DNA of 64,000 bases from Actinomycetota bacterium (GTDB lineage: Bacteria; Actinomycetota; Thermoleophilia; BMS3ABIN01), in NCBI GenBank assembly GCA_016235065.1, contig JACRMB010000004.1:3629-67628 (forward strand), written 5' to 3'. Below are positions 39,266 through 49,400 of the stretch, one piece after another. Made by a program: the position numbers and the translations under genes. The notes under the pieces are model-generated. The model was not told the origin of the DNA. It ran no database searches and was given only the letters and a program-made list of their open reading frames with translations. The stretch's first letter is position 1; each line of letters opens with the position of its first letter.

Positions 39266-41692
39266 CTAAGGGGTAGTAGCCGGCCCCCGGAATCGTTTCA
39301 GGATGAACCCTCCGGGCTGGCGGCCGGGACCTTTTGTTACTTTACGGCCCCTGATACCGCCTAGTCGTCTGTTGATGAGATCCAGCCTGGCTTCCGGGCT
39401 GTGCATTTCGGCCATGTCACTGCGTGCTTTTTCCGCTTTAAGCCTCGCCTCATCCGGATTGTCATACACCAGTCGTATGTACGAGGCCGCTGCTTCCGTG
39501 TCTGGATCGGCCCAGGCATAACCCCTGGGATAAGGCGCGCATCCCCCGGGGACCTCTGTCATCGTGAACGGGACCAGGTAGCTGTTATCGTCGTCCATGA
39601 ATTCCAGGTTTCCCGAATACCCCGTGGCGATCACCGGTTTTCCATGCGCCATCGCTTCGGCCATGGTCAGTCCGAAACCCTCGGCCCGGTGCAGCGAGAC
39701 GTAGGCGTCGCACGAAGAGATCAGCGCCTGCTGATCCTCCCGACTCAGGTAACCGTCGATGACTCTGATATCAGGCCGGCCGGCGGCAGCCGCAGCCAGG
39801 CGCTCCATCTCCAGTATCCTTCTGTCACCGTTGATGGTCTTGATGATCAAAGCCGGCCCTTCACCGGGGTCGAAGGCCAGTTTGAAAGCTTCGATGACCG
39901 CCAGCGGATTCTTCCTCTCCATAACGCTGAGAAAATCGAAACAGAAGAGGAAGGAGAATCCGTCTGGAGGGCTTGAGTCTGTCAGTTGGCGGTCCGTGGA
40001 CAGGAGCGCCGGCGTGGAGACTGGCAGCGGGAACTTGTACACCGGTTTGCCGGTCGCCTCTGCGAGTGCTTTTACCGCATGATCGCTGTAAGTCCAGATC
40101 TCATCGACTGACCCCAGGGTCACGGGATCTATGCCGCCGGGATGCTCCTCCAGTTCCCAGGCCCACACCGCTATGGTGTAGCGTCCGTCGAAGAGTTCGA
40201 GGCCTGCATTGCTGGCGAAGACCGGGAACTGGTCGGCATTGACGCAGATGATCGAGATGTCGAAGCAGGCCGCGGCAGTCTGCAGATCGGAATCCAGTTG
40301 CCGCGACTGTGTAGCTTCGAGCGGCGCCATCGTGACATGAGGTATGCCGCCTGCCTTCAGTGTCTCGAGTATCAGACGGACGGATTCTCCCAGGCCACTT
40401 TGGCTATTGATGTAGCCGGCGACGTTGACGCCGGTGTCCATGCCAGGTTCAATGCTGGTCCTGCGGCGCCGGCCGCCCGTTTTTTTCGGCAGGCATTCGG
40501 ATGGTATGCCATGTTCCTTCCCGCCGTGCTCCAGCACCCAGTCGAGAAAGCGGTCAGCATCCGCGCCATGGATGTCGGGGAAGTTGAGCTTGAGGTCGAG
40601 GCGGCTGTCATGGATGAATGAGAGAAGGCGTGATATCCCGGCCTGAGGCGAAGAGGGAAGCGGCGAGTTGAGCCAGCTGGTGAACTCATCCGAACTGGCG
40701 ATGTCGAACGGGTCCGGGAACGGTTCCTCACCGGTTGTGTCCTCCAGTAATAATCGCCGGCAAGCCCGGCGCAGGTCCTTGCTGAAGCTGAGGCCGCCGG
40801 CAGCCGAGTCGAAGCCGAAGCCGCGGGGTGAGTCAGGGCTGCCGTGACCATGCTTTCGCAGTTGCCTGGCGTAGCGGTCACAGATCCGGGCGGTTGCGGG
40901 GTTCTGGCTGAGCAGGATGCGCGGCCGGGTCCCCTGATGCCGGCTCAAAAGGTGTGGCGCGTCCGGATCGAAGCCGCTGAGATGAAAGCAGCGTAGCGGC
41001 ATGCCATCTACCAGGAAGTCATCGTTCTCAAAAGTCAGGTTCCGGCTGGCAAGATTCCAGTAAGCCACGTTGAAAGCGGGGTCCCGCAAAACATGACGGG
41101 GGATGAAATCGGGCAGGATGTCCAGCCACCGCTGGTCGGCGAAATAGCCATCCGCCGGAGATATTATACAGTCACGCCGCAGCCGTTCCTTCCACCAGCT
41201 GAGAAAGTCACCGTTGCCGGCAGCCACTGCGATGAAACCGAGATTGAAAGTCCCCGCCATCAGCAGATCGGTTTCCCGCGGGGATAGATCATCCCGCGGC
41301 AGCGGCTCGAGAAGGTGTGGCGTCAGCACGATGCCATGTTGCCGGGCCAGGGCATCCACTTCATCCAGTGGTGCGTAGACATCCATATCGGCGTCGAGGT
41401 AGAGCACGACATCGCTACCCTGTCCGTGGAGATGGTCGATCAGCCATGGTTTCAGGGCGGAAGCAAGCTCCCTGGGCTCATAAATGGCAGCCATGGTATG
41501 GAAATCTCGCCGGTCGAGCGGGAGATCTTCCGGCCGGACAAGATCGAAGCCCTCGCCCTCGCCACTGAAGCCGCCCCCGACGTCATCGAATACAAGGACG
41601 CTGATCCGGTCGCCATGACAGGCCGAATATGAATCGGCCAGCACCCTGGCGAAAGGAAGGTGACTGCGGGAGATGATCGTGCAGGCTTTCAT
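39266..41692 (-). CDS. bifunctional glycosyltransferase: N-terminal GT8-like domain fused to C-terminal GT4 (GT-B) domain
   Basis: N-terminal VLYLDADMDV, TPHLLEP, DQRWLDILP; C-terminal GT4 signature RAEGFGLTMAEAMAHGKPVIATGYSGNLEF. Confidence 0.75.
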   Translation of the reverse strand: MKACTIISRSHLPFARVLADSYSACHGDRISVLVFDDVGGGFSGEGEGFDLVRPEDLPLDRRDFHTMAAIYEPRELASALKPWLIDHLHGQGSDVVLYLDADMDVYAPLDEVDALARQHGIVLTPHLLEPLPRDDLSPRETDLLMAGTFNLGFIAVAAGNGDFLSWWKERLRRDCIISPADGYFADQRWLDILPDFIPRHVLRDPAFNVAYWNLASRNLTFENDDFLVDGMPLRCFHLSGFDPDAPHLLSRHQGTRPRILLSQNPATARICDRYARQLRKHGHGSPDSPRGFGFDSAAGGLSFSKDLRRACRRLLLEDTTGEEPFPDPFDIASSDEFTSWLNSPLPSSPQAGISRLLSFIHDSRLDLKLNFPDIHGADADRFLDWVLEHGGKEHGIPSECLPKKTGGRRRRTSIEPGMDTGVNVAGYINSQSGLGESVRLILETLKAGGIPHVTMAPLEATQSRQLDSDLQTAAACFDISIICVNADQFPVFASNAGLELFDGRYTIAVWAWELEEHPGGIDPVTLGSVDEIWTYSDHAVKALAEATGKPVYKFPLPVSTPALLSTDRQLTDSSPPDGFSFLFCFDFLSVMERKNPLAVIEAFKLAFDPGEGPALIIKTINGDRRILEMERLAAAAAGRPDIRVIDGYLSREDQQALISSCDAYVSLHRAEGFGLTMAEAMAHGKPVIATGYSGNLEFMDDDNSYLVPFTMTEVPGGCAPYPRGYAWADPDTEAAASYIRLVYDNPDEARLKAEKARSDMAEMHSPEARLDLINRRLGGIRGRKVTKGPGRQPGGFILKRFRGPATTP

Positions 41693-41729
41693 GGCGTTCT
41701 AATTCTAATGGTATTTGCATCGCACATGT

Positions 41730-41759
41730 AGTCTGAAGGAGTCTGAAAGAGTCTGAAGG
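41730..41759. repeat. three tandem copies of 10-mer AGTCTGAARG in a divergent intergenic region
   Basis: aGTCTGAAGG aGTCTGAAAG aGTCTGAAGG between the glycosyltransferase fusion gene (-) and the LVIVD surface protein gene (+). Confidence 0.5.
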
Positions 41760-41832
41760 TGAAAATTCAAACCGATAATGTAAGTGGTATATATGAAGAT
41801 TAAAAACCACTGCTGATGGGAATCTTCGCGCC

Positions 41833-44800
41833 ATGATAGCAAAGACATCTATTCGCTGTGTTACTGCGGCAGTGCTGTTCATGTTTCTTGTTCTGCTGTA
41901 CGTATCCAGCGTAATGGCAGCGCCCGGGCCGGATATCAGCGGGCTTGTTTCTCCCACACACGCTGATGAGAACACCTGGTACTCGAACAACGATCCTTCG
42001 TTTTCCTGGAGCTCCGCGTTTGAAACCGGCCTGGCAGGTTCGTATTCGACGCCGGGCCATTCATATGATGTCGCTGTTTCGGGCATATATGCATATATTG
42101 CGGATGGGGGTTACGGACTTCGTATAATCAACATCTCCAATCCGGCAAGCCCGACGCTCGCAGGCTTTTACGACACGCCCGCCGCCGCCAGCGGTCTGGA
42201 CATCTCCGGCAGCTATGCTTATGTGGCCGACGATACTAGCCTGCAGATAATCAACATCTCCAACCCGGCCAGCCCGACTCTGGCTGGATCACTTGCGATG
42301 TCCAGCGCCGTCGACGTTGCCGTTTCAGGCGACTTCGCTTACGTCGCCAGCTATGGCTACGGATTGAGAGTCATAGATATTTCGAACCCGGCCAGCCCGG
42401 CGCTCAGGGGAACATTCAATACGCCGGGCATCGCCGTAGGAGTCGCTCTTTCGGGAAATCATGCGTATGTGGCCGACAACAACTCCGGCCTACAGATAAT
42501 CGATGTCACCGATCCGGACAATCCGGCGTTCGCGGGTGCATACAACCCAGGCTATTCATTCTTAGCGGCCAGAGTTTCCGGGACGCTGGCTTATATGGCC
42601 GCAGGCAGTTCGGGCCTTGTCATCGTCGACATCTCTGATCCGGCTAATACGTCACTGGCTGGAGCATACGATACACCGGGCAGTGCTCTCGATGTTGCTG
42701 TTTCAGGAATCTATGCATATATGGCGGATTATTCCTCCGGCCTGCAGATCCTGGATATCTCAAACCCGGCAAATCCGACGCTGGCTGGCTCCTACGCCAC
42801 GTTGCCGGCCAGTTATGCAGAAGACGTCGATGTCTCAGGCAGTTTTGCATACCTGAGCGACTATACCGTCGGCCTGACGATCGTTGAAGCGTCTACGGCC
42901 ACCGGTTATTCCTATATATTCGACCAGAATCCGGCAACGGTACCGGATACTGTTTCCGAGGGGGCCGATACCAGCAAGGCCTACACTGATACCGGCGATG
43001 GCATCTGGTATTTTCATGTAAGGGCAGTGGATCCCCTGGGTAACTGGGGCGCGGCCAGCCATCGTAAAGCGCAGATCGACACCGGAGCACCGGTTATCAC
43101 CAACATCCTGCCTTCGGGCACCATAACCACCGGCGATCCCGCTACCGTACAGGCAGACCTGAGCGACAGCATCTCCGGCATCGACGTCGCCACGGGTTCC
43201 GTCTCAGTTGACGGTACTGAACTGACAGGCTGCGTCGTCAACAGCTCGCTGGTGAGCTGCGATACCAGCTCGGCCGGTTTCGCTGAGGGGGCACACAGCA
43301 TATCGGTGACCGCCTATGACAACGCGGGTAACCCCAATACGGCCACCGGATCCTTCTCAGTCGACTCCATCGCTCCCTCTGTGACCGGCATTCAGCCTGG
43401 TGGCACGATCAACACCACTTCGACGACCATAAGCGCTGATTATAGTGATTCCGGTTCCGGCATCGACTCCGCGACTGCGACAGTCTACCTGGATTCAGTG
43501 CTTGTTACAGGATGCACGGCTGATGCAGTTAGCGTCAGCTGCCCGGTCACGGGGCTGTCTGTAGGAGCCCATTCGATCACAGTGTACGTCAGTGACAATG
43601 CGGGCAACACCGGATCGGGGTCAGGCAGCTTCACCATGACCCTGAGCCGGGACTACTACTGGGGACGTTATGACGGCACCAACAGTCTGGACTGGATCCT
43701 GCTGGGGAATCCGCCTGGTTCATCAGGGAACCTGACATTCGATCTTTATATCAGCACGGATGAGCAGTCACTGGCGCCATTCGTCATACCCGGCTATGGC
43801 GTGGGTGAGGTGCCGCCGGGCCAGTCGATAACTCCGATGTTCAACATGCCACCGGCGGGCCCGGTCAAAGCCTTGTCCACTACGGGCGGTCAGGCTATCG
43901 CTTCCCAGCGCATCCTCTGGAAAAGCAGGTATTTCGAAGAGGTGCCGGGGATCGAGGCAGGAAGCTTGTCCAGCCATTATTACTGGACCTGGTATGACCA
44001 GTTCTCACCAGGATTCTCCCAGGATGAGATCATCGTCGTCAATACCAACACGGAGCCGGTCATGGTGGAGATCTCCTTTACTGATGTGGCTCATCCACCG
44101 GCGGCCGATCCTGTGGACGACACTTTCCCGTTGCAGCCAGCTGGGACTCCCGGAGGCACGGATACCCTGAGACAGAGTTACCCGGGCAAGATGGGCGGCC
44201 CTGTGGAAGTCAAGGCATGGCTGGCTGGCGGTACATACGAGAGCGATCCCAGGAATGTGGTAGCAACCCAGCGGGTGATCAAGGACCAGGGTGCCGCTAC
44301 GGAGCATCTAAACGAGGTCCCCGGCATCCCGGCAGATGATCTCACCAGCGATTACTGGTGGACCTGGTACGACTGGAACAGCTCGGGAGCTTCCAACTGG
44401 GTACTGGTCTCAAATCCCGGCGCTGAAGCAGTCCATGTGGATATCTCATTCAGGAACGACCAGACAGGGACGATTGAGACCCTGGATGCCGACCTGCCCC
44501 CGGCAGCTCCCGGTGTCGCCCCATGGACGCCCAGCTTCGCCGGCAAAAAAGGTGGGCCTGTTGAAGTCAGGGCGTCGCTCGCCAGCGACCATAACCAGCC
44601 GCGTGACGTCATCGCCTCCCAACGATCGGTCTGGACCACATTCTTCGAAGAGGTGCCGGGCTTCGCGGCCTCGCAGCTATCGCCCCGCTATCTATGGACC
44701 TGGTATGACTGGAACAGCGCCGGCTCACAGAACTGGGTGATGGTAGCCAATCCGACCGCGGATACGGTTCACTCCGAGATCTCCTTCAAGGACTCGACTA

Positions 44801-45021
44801 CCGGAGAGACCAGGGGGGACGCCAATGTGATCCTCCAGCCGGCCGGCTCCAACGGGTCCATCAGGTACCTGCGCTTCGACGGATACATGGGAGGGCCCGT
44901 GGAAGTAAAGGCCTACCTGGAAGGCAGCGATTACGTAACCAGTCCGCGTGATGTCATAGCCTCCCAGCGGGTGCTATGGAACGGACAGTTCAATGAGGTG
45001 CTGGGAACTCTGCTGGAGTAG
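41833..45021 (+). CDS. secreted surface protein: LVIVD-repeat beta-propeller, Ig-like domains, and five copies of the shared C-terminal repeat module
   Basis: Signal anchor; repeats GLRIINISNPASP/GLVIVDISDPANT (LVIVD family); two two-Cys Ig-like domains; C-terminal repeats (about 43645..45018) with WTWYD, WVLVSNP, GGPVEV and ASQRVLW. Confidence 0.8.
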   Translation: MIAKTSIRCVTAAVLFMFLVLLYVSSVMAAPGPDISGLVSPTHADENTWYSNNDPSFSWSSAFETGLAGSYSTPGHSYDVAVSGIYAYIADGGYGLRIINISNPASPTLAGFYDTPAAASGLDISGSYAYVADDTSLQIINISNPASPTLAGSLAMSSAVDVAVSGDFAYVASYGYGLRVIDISNPASPALRGTFNTPGIAVGVALSGNHAYVADNNSGLQIIDVTDPDNPAFAGAYNPGYSFLAARVSGTLAYMAAGSSGLVIVDISDPANTSLAGAYDTPGSALDVAVSGIYAYMADYSSGLQILDISNPANPTLAGSYATLPASYAEDVDVSGSFAYLSDYTVGLTIVEASTATGYSYIFDQNPATVPDTVSEGADTSKAYTDTGDGIWYFHVRAVDPLGNWGAASHRKAQIDTGAPVITNILPSGTITTGDPATVQADLSDSISGIDVATGSVSVDGTELTGCVVNSSLVSCDTSSAGFAEGAHSISVTAYDNAGNPNTATGSFSVDSIAPSVTGIQPGGTINTTSTTISADYSDSGSGIDSATATVYLDSVLVTGCTADAVSVSCPVTGLSVGAHSITVYVSDNAGNTGSGSGSFTMTLSRDYYWGRYDGTNSLDWILLGNPPGSSGNLTFDLYISTDEQSLAPFVIPGYGVGEVPPGQSITPMFNMPPAGPVKALSTTGGQAIASQRILWKSRYFEEVPGIEAGSLSSHYYWTWYDQFSPGFSQDEIIVVNTNTEPVMVEISFTDVAHPPAADPVDDTFPLQPAGTPGGTDTLRQSYPGKMGGPVEVKAWLAGGTYESDPRNVVATQRVIKDQGAATEHLNEVPGIPADDLTSDYWWTWYDWNSSGASNWVLVSNPGAEAVHVDISFRNDQTGTIETLDADLPPAAPGVAPWTPSFAGKKGGPVEVRASLASDHNQPRDVIASQRSVWTTFFEEVPGFAASQLSPRYLWTWYDWNSAGSQNWVMVANPTADTVHSEISFKDSTTGETRGDANVILQPAGSNGSIRYLRFDGYMGGPVEVKAYLEGSDYVTSPRDVIASQRVLWNGQFNEVLGTLLE

Positions 45022-45068
45022 ATATCATACTTGTGCGTGTAGTTCTTTCTGCTGCCGAAGGTAGGGAT

Positions 45069-45275
45069 ATGAAGAGAACGGCAGCAATCATGGTGCTTCT
45101 TACGGTACTTGTCTCAACGAGCTTGCTTGTTCCGGCGGCAGCGCTGGCTATCGACAGCTCCCTTTCCTGGCCTGTCCGGGGCTTCGATTATCCATCCTGG
45201 TGGCACGACGAATACCTGGATCAAAGTTCCAGCGTCTCCCTGACCCGCATCGCTTCAACCGGATCGAATGCCTAG
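45069..45275 (+). pseudogene. possible truncated remnant of a secreted enzyme (signal peptide plus ~40 aa only)
   Basis: MKRTAAIMVLLTVLVSTSLLVPAAALA followed by SWPVRGFDYPSWWHDEY, then stop. Confidence 0.2.
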
Positions 45276-45397
45276 ATGGCGCAGGAGACAGGCACAGATT
45301 CCCGGATGGGCAGCAGGTATAAAAAACGAGTTAAAGGGTAGGATACCGGTGTCTTTACCCCTGCCATTAATGGCCCTGGTGAGCCGGAGGACAGGAA

Positions 45398-45613
45398 ATG
45401 ATCAGCAGGCTTCTGGATATCTGCATTGGTGCTATGTTGGTCGCTCTGGTGGCACTGACTGCGCAGCTCGCGTATCTCTACATCCAGCCCGCGGAACTCC
45501 AGGCCGAGCAACTCGCACAGAGGACTTCATCGCATCCAGTGGTTAACGGTCAGGTGATCAGCGAGATGCCTACGGCTGAGTGCATGGTCTGTCACGCCGG
45601 CAGTCTGCCCTAG
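45398..45613 (+). CDS. small TM protein ending in a CxxCH motif (possible N-terminal fragment of a NapC/NrfH-like cytochrome)
   Basis: One TM helix then ...TAECMVCHAGSLP-stop; resembles the membrane anchor plus first heme site of NapC/NirT-type cytochromes but terminates immediately. Confidence 0.2.
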   Translation: MISRLLDICIGAMLVALVALTAQLAYLYIQPAELQAEQLAQRTSSHPVVNGQVISEMPTAECMVCHAGSLP

Positions 45614-45637
45614 CGCTTCCATTCTCGCTATCAACCA

Positions 45638-46186
45638 GTGAGGTGCGTCATTAAGTCGAGCTGCATCAATGCTATTTCCGGATTATTCCTGCTTGTGGCC
45701 CTGCTCTTTGTGCTTGCACTAGCCGGTGAGGCCCAGGCGCAGACGGCGCCTGTGTGCGGCTCCGCCGGCACGCCCACTCCCGGGAGCCTGCATGCCTCGT
45801 TACTGCGGGAACCCCTGTATAACAGCGAAGGCAATTTTCTCAGCATTTCTTGGGAAGGCGCCATTCCACCTATGGAAATATGGATAGATGACGCGCTTTC
45901 CGAAATCACATACGTAAGCAATGGCGGCTCTGGACAGGCCCGAAACGAGCCCGAAACTGCGACGCACGTGGTGGCATTCATCACGCAGGGATACGCGCCA
46001 GTGTGCATAGAGGTGGCTGTCAGTCCTTCAGTGACCCAGGACGCCTATCCCGCAGCGCAGCAGGGCGAGTCTGTGCTACCGTCGACAGGTTTTGACACCA
46101 TCATGTTGCTCGCAGGCCTGTTGACATCCTTGGCTGGTGTCTTTCTGCTGCACCAACGAGCGCAATCACGAGAAAACCCTTTCTAG
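45638..46186 (+). CDS. small secreted protein with C-terminal LPSTG cell-wall sorting signal
   Basis: Signal peptide; C-terminus LPSTGFDTIMLLAGLLTSLAGVFLLHQRAQSR (LPxTG, hydrophobic span, basic tail). Confidence 0.6.
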   Translation: MRCVIKSSCINAISGLFLLVALLFVLALAGEAQAQTAPVCGSAGTPTPGSLHASLLREPLYNSEGNFLSISWEGAIPPMEIWIDDALSEITYVSNGGSGQARNEPETATHVVAFITQGYAPVCIEVAVSPSVTQDAYPAAQQGESVLPSTGFDTIMLLAGLLTSLAGVFLLHQRAQSRENPF

Positions 46187-46197
46187 GAAGGAAATCC

Positions 46198-46254
46198 TGG
46201 TGCCGAAGGTGGGAATCGAATCCACACCGGGGGTGACCCCGACCGGATTTTGAG
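46198..46254 (-). repeat. 57-bp copy of the 3' half of tRNA-Leu(CAA) (anticodon loop to 3' end), candidate distal att site
   Basis: Identical to 50970..51026 except one mismatch; the 5' half of a tRNA is absent here. Confidence 0.75.
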
Positions 46255-46416
46255 TTACGCGTCCGACTTCCCGGTTGTCAACTTAAAGTCCCAGAATAGC
46301 GCTGTAAATTTTGGTTTCAATGCTACGCGCTTCACGGCTTATGCTATCCCTTACTGCTTGGTCCCACGAATTTGGTTGGCAAAATTTGGTGGAAATGAGG
46401 TGAACAAGCAGGAATA

Positions 46417-49400
46417 TCACAAACCTGCACCGACCAACTCGTTGAAGTAGCCTTTCCACAGTACCCTCTGCGAAGCTAGCACATTTGCGGGATTCTCTTT
46501 TGATGACCCGTTCCATTGCCAGGCTCTGACCTGAACGGGTCCGCCGATGATGCCGGGGAAGCGCGGCGTTACTCGCTGGCCGGGCGCCAATACGCCGTGG
46601 TTGGTCGAGTAATAAGGATCTGCGGGATTGGCTGGATCGAGTTTGCCAGGCACTGAGATCTCGTAATAAATAGCGCTAGCGTTCGGGTTTGCGACTAGCA
46701 CCCAGTTGAGCGAGCCGGCCGATTTTTCGTCATACCAAGTCCAGTTCGCGGTTGGTTTAAGGCTATTTAGCGGCACGCCGGCAGTCTCCTCGTAAGAAGG
46801 CCCATAGATCACGATTTGGGAAGTATATATGTTAGCCGGACTGTAACAAGCCTCAGTGGTGTCAAAACAGGCCTTGACCTCAATCGGGCCGTCCATCAAT
46901 TTTTGCGGTGAGCTATCCCACCAAATGGTCGTGCCCGATGGAACGCCGTCGCTACTGGCCATCAGTTGACCGTGCAGGTAAAGAAAAAGATAAACAGGCT
47001 CGGAGTTGGGATTGCCGACAATGACTAGGTCGTTTGCGTTTTGGCTGTCATACCATGGCCACTCGTATTCGTTGCTCAATTTCGAGGCCGCGATGCCGGC
47101 CATTTCGTTAAACGAGTCACCCATCAGGATACGTTCCGAGGCGACGACCTTGCGAGCATCCGCAGAATTATTGGGCGAGCCACCGACCCGGTAGGCTTTG
47201 ACCTCAACTGGTCCACCGCTGTAGGGCCAGGTTGGCGTCCAGGTATCACCCGGCTGGATCACATGCCTATTAACGTAGATATCCGGCACAGGTATTTTGT
47301 TGATGTCTTCAACATTTCGTATAGAAATGTCAACCTCGACAGCTTCCCCATTTTCGGCCGGATTTGCAACCAGAACCCATTCAGAAGTCATGCTGCCGAG
47401 GTAGACCGGCCAATAATAGTGCGTGTCGAGATCATCGTATGAAGTGGACCAGACTTCCTCGAAAGAGTTTCCGAACAGCGAACGCTCGCTCGAGATGCCG
47501 TTACCATACTGGGACATGATCTTGATCGGGCCGCCGAGTCTTTTGTCGTACGAGCGGAACTGCGTTTCCCCATCATTGACACCGATGCCTTGTTCAAGAG
47601 AGTTGGTCTTCATCCAGAAGTCGACGATATTCGTTCCACTGCCAGGCATTTGCGCTGCTAGCAGCCACGTATGACCATAGATATTGTCATACCAGGGGAA
47701 GTAATAATGCATCGGGGTCGAGTATGACCAGTCAGCGGTCTGGGTATTGCCTACAACGTCGCTCACTTCAAGGTGCACGTTTTGAATGCCACAATTAGGA
47801 TTGAAATAAGAGACTTGGTCAACAGAAATCGTTGCCCGAGAAGTAACGACGATTCCATTCACAGTCAGCTTGACTGAATTCGGATTGACTCCCGACTTCG
47901 AGTCAGTATAAGAAGCATTGATTATTGCCGTGCTGGCCCAAACGTTTCCACTCGGGCTCGTTCCTCCTATTTCAGGTTTTGTCGTTTCGACTTCGAAGCT
48001 GCCATTAAGGGTCGCGCTGTTGCCAGCTTTGTCTCGCCCGACTATCAAGAAATCATGGTGTCCGTCTGAAAGGCCCGACGCCTGGCACCTCAACAGAGAT
48101 GAATCAGAGATATCGCAATTGGTAAGCGGCTGGCTGCTACCATCCAGATAAACCGCGCTTGCGGAGCTGTCTGGCCCCGATTGCTGATCGCTCAAAGTTG
48201 CACCGATTACGGTCGCGCTGCCGCTCCAGACTGGAGGAATGGCTTCGGAAATCGCAGGGGGCGCGAGGTCGACGCCGAATGGTGAGTCAGACAGCCCCGG
48301 CGTTCCGTCATTAGTCTCATACGAGATCGTTAGAGAGTGCCAGCCTGCAGAAAAGTCTGAAGTTGAGCAGCTGAGATGAGCGCCGACGAGCGAGCAGCCA
48401 GGCGCTGAGGTATCGTCGATATAAACGGCTACACTGCTCGAATCGATACCCGAACCGTTATCCGTTAGGTCCGCTTCAATCGCTTGGCTGGTCGTACGGA
48501 GCCAGCCTGAAGGGGAGATGTTTTGCGCTTGGAGAACCAGTGGTCCCCATGATGGGGTGATTCGTTCATAAAAAGGATGGCCCAAATCCGCAATGTTGTA
48601 ACAGCCTCCACCCGTTGCTCTTGCTGTGCAAAGAGTGCAGTTGTTGGAGTTATCTTTTTGGATAAATGCAATACTGGTACCATCCGGTGACCACGCGGGT
48701 TGACTATAAAATGGGGACCATGTCCATGTTCGTGTAATCACGGGTTGTGGTTGTGTGCCATCGGGCTTCATCGTATAGATTCCCGAGTCATTTGCATTGA
48801 AATAAACGTAACAGGCAATTTTGGAAGAATCAGGCGCCCAGCTTGGCATCGAATTGAAACTGGCTGGCCATCCATAGACGTTAAGAGCGGTCTGGTTTCC
48901 ACCATCGGGATTAATAAAAAAGATTCCATAAGTACCACTGTTGGCGTTGAAGGCGATCCTGGAACCGTCTGGTGACCAAGCAGGATTCTCGTAGGTACCC
49001 GAATTATTAGTCAGTTGATTCAGCTCACTTCCGTCGGAATTCATTACGTATAGCTTCTGAACACCGAAGCCAACGATTCCAAACGTCCTCGTAAAAGCTA
49101 TGCGGGAACCGTCGGGCGACCAGGTGGGGCTGTCATCGTAATTCGAGCCGAAGGTCAGCTGACTTATGCTCATATCCGATAGTCTGAGAACGTAAATCTT
49201 ATTAGTACCATTTCTGTTGCTGGAAAAAGCTATCTTGCTGCCGTCAGGCGAGAAGGCGGGTGACTGTTCGACCGCGGGGCTATTGGTGATACGAGTTAGG
49301 CCGCTGCGGTCAGGATTTACAGTGTATATCTCAGCATTGCCATCCCTATAAGAAACAAAAGCAATCTTGCCGTTTGGTTTTACAGTGGCATCCGCTGAGG

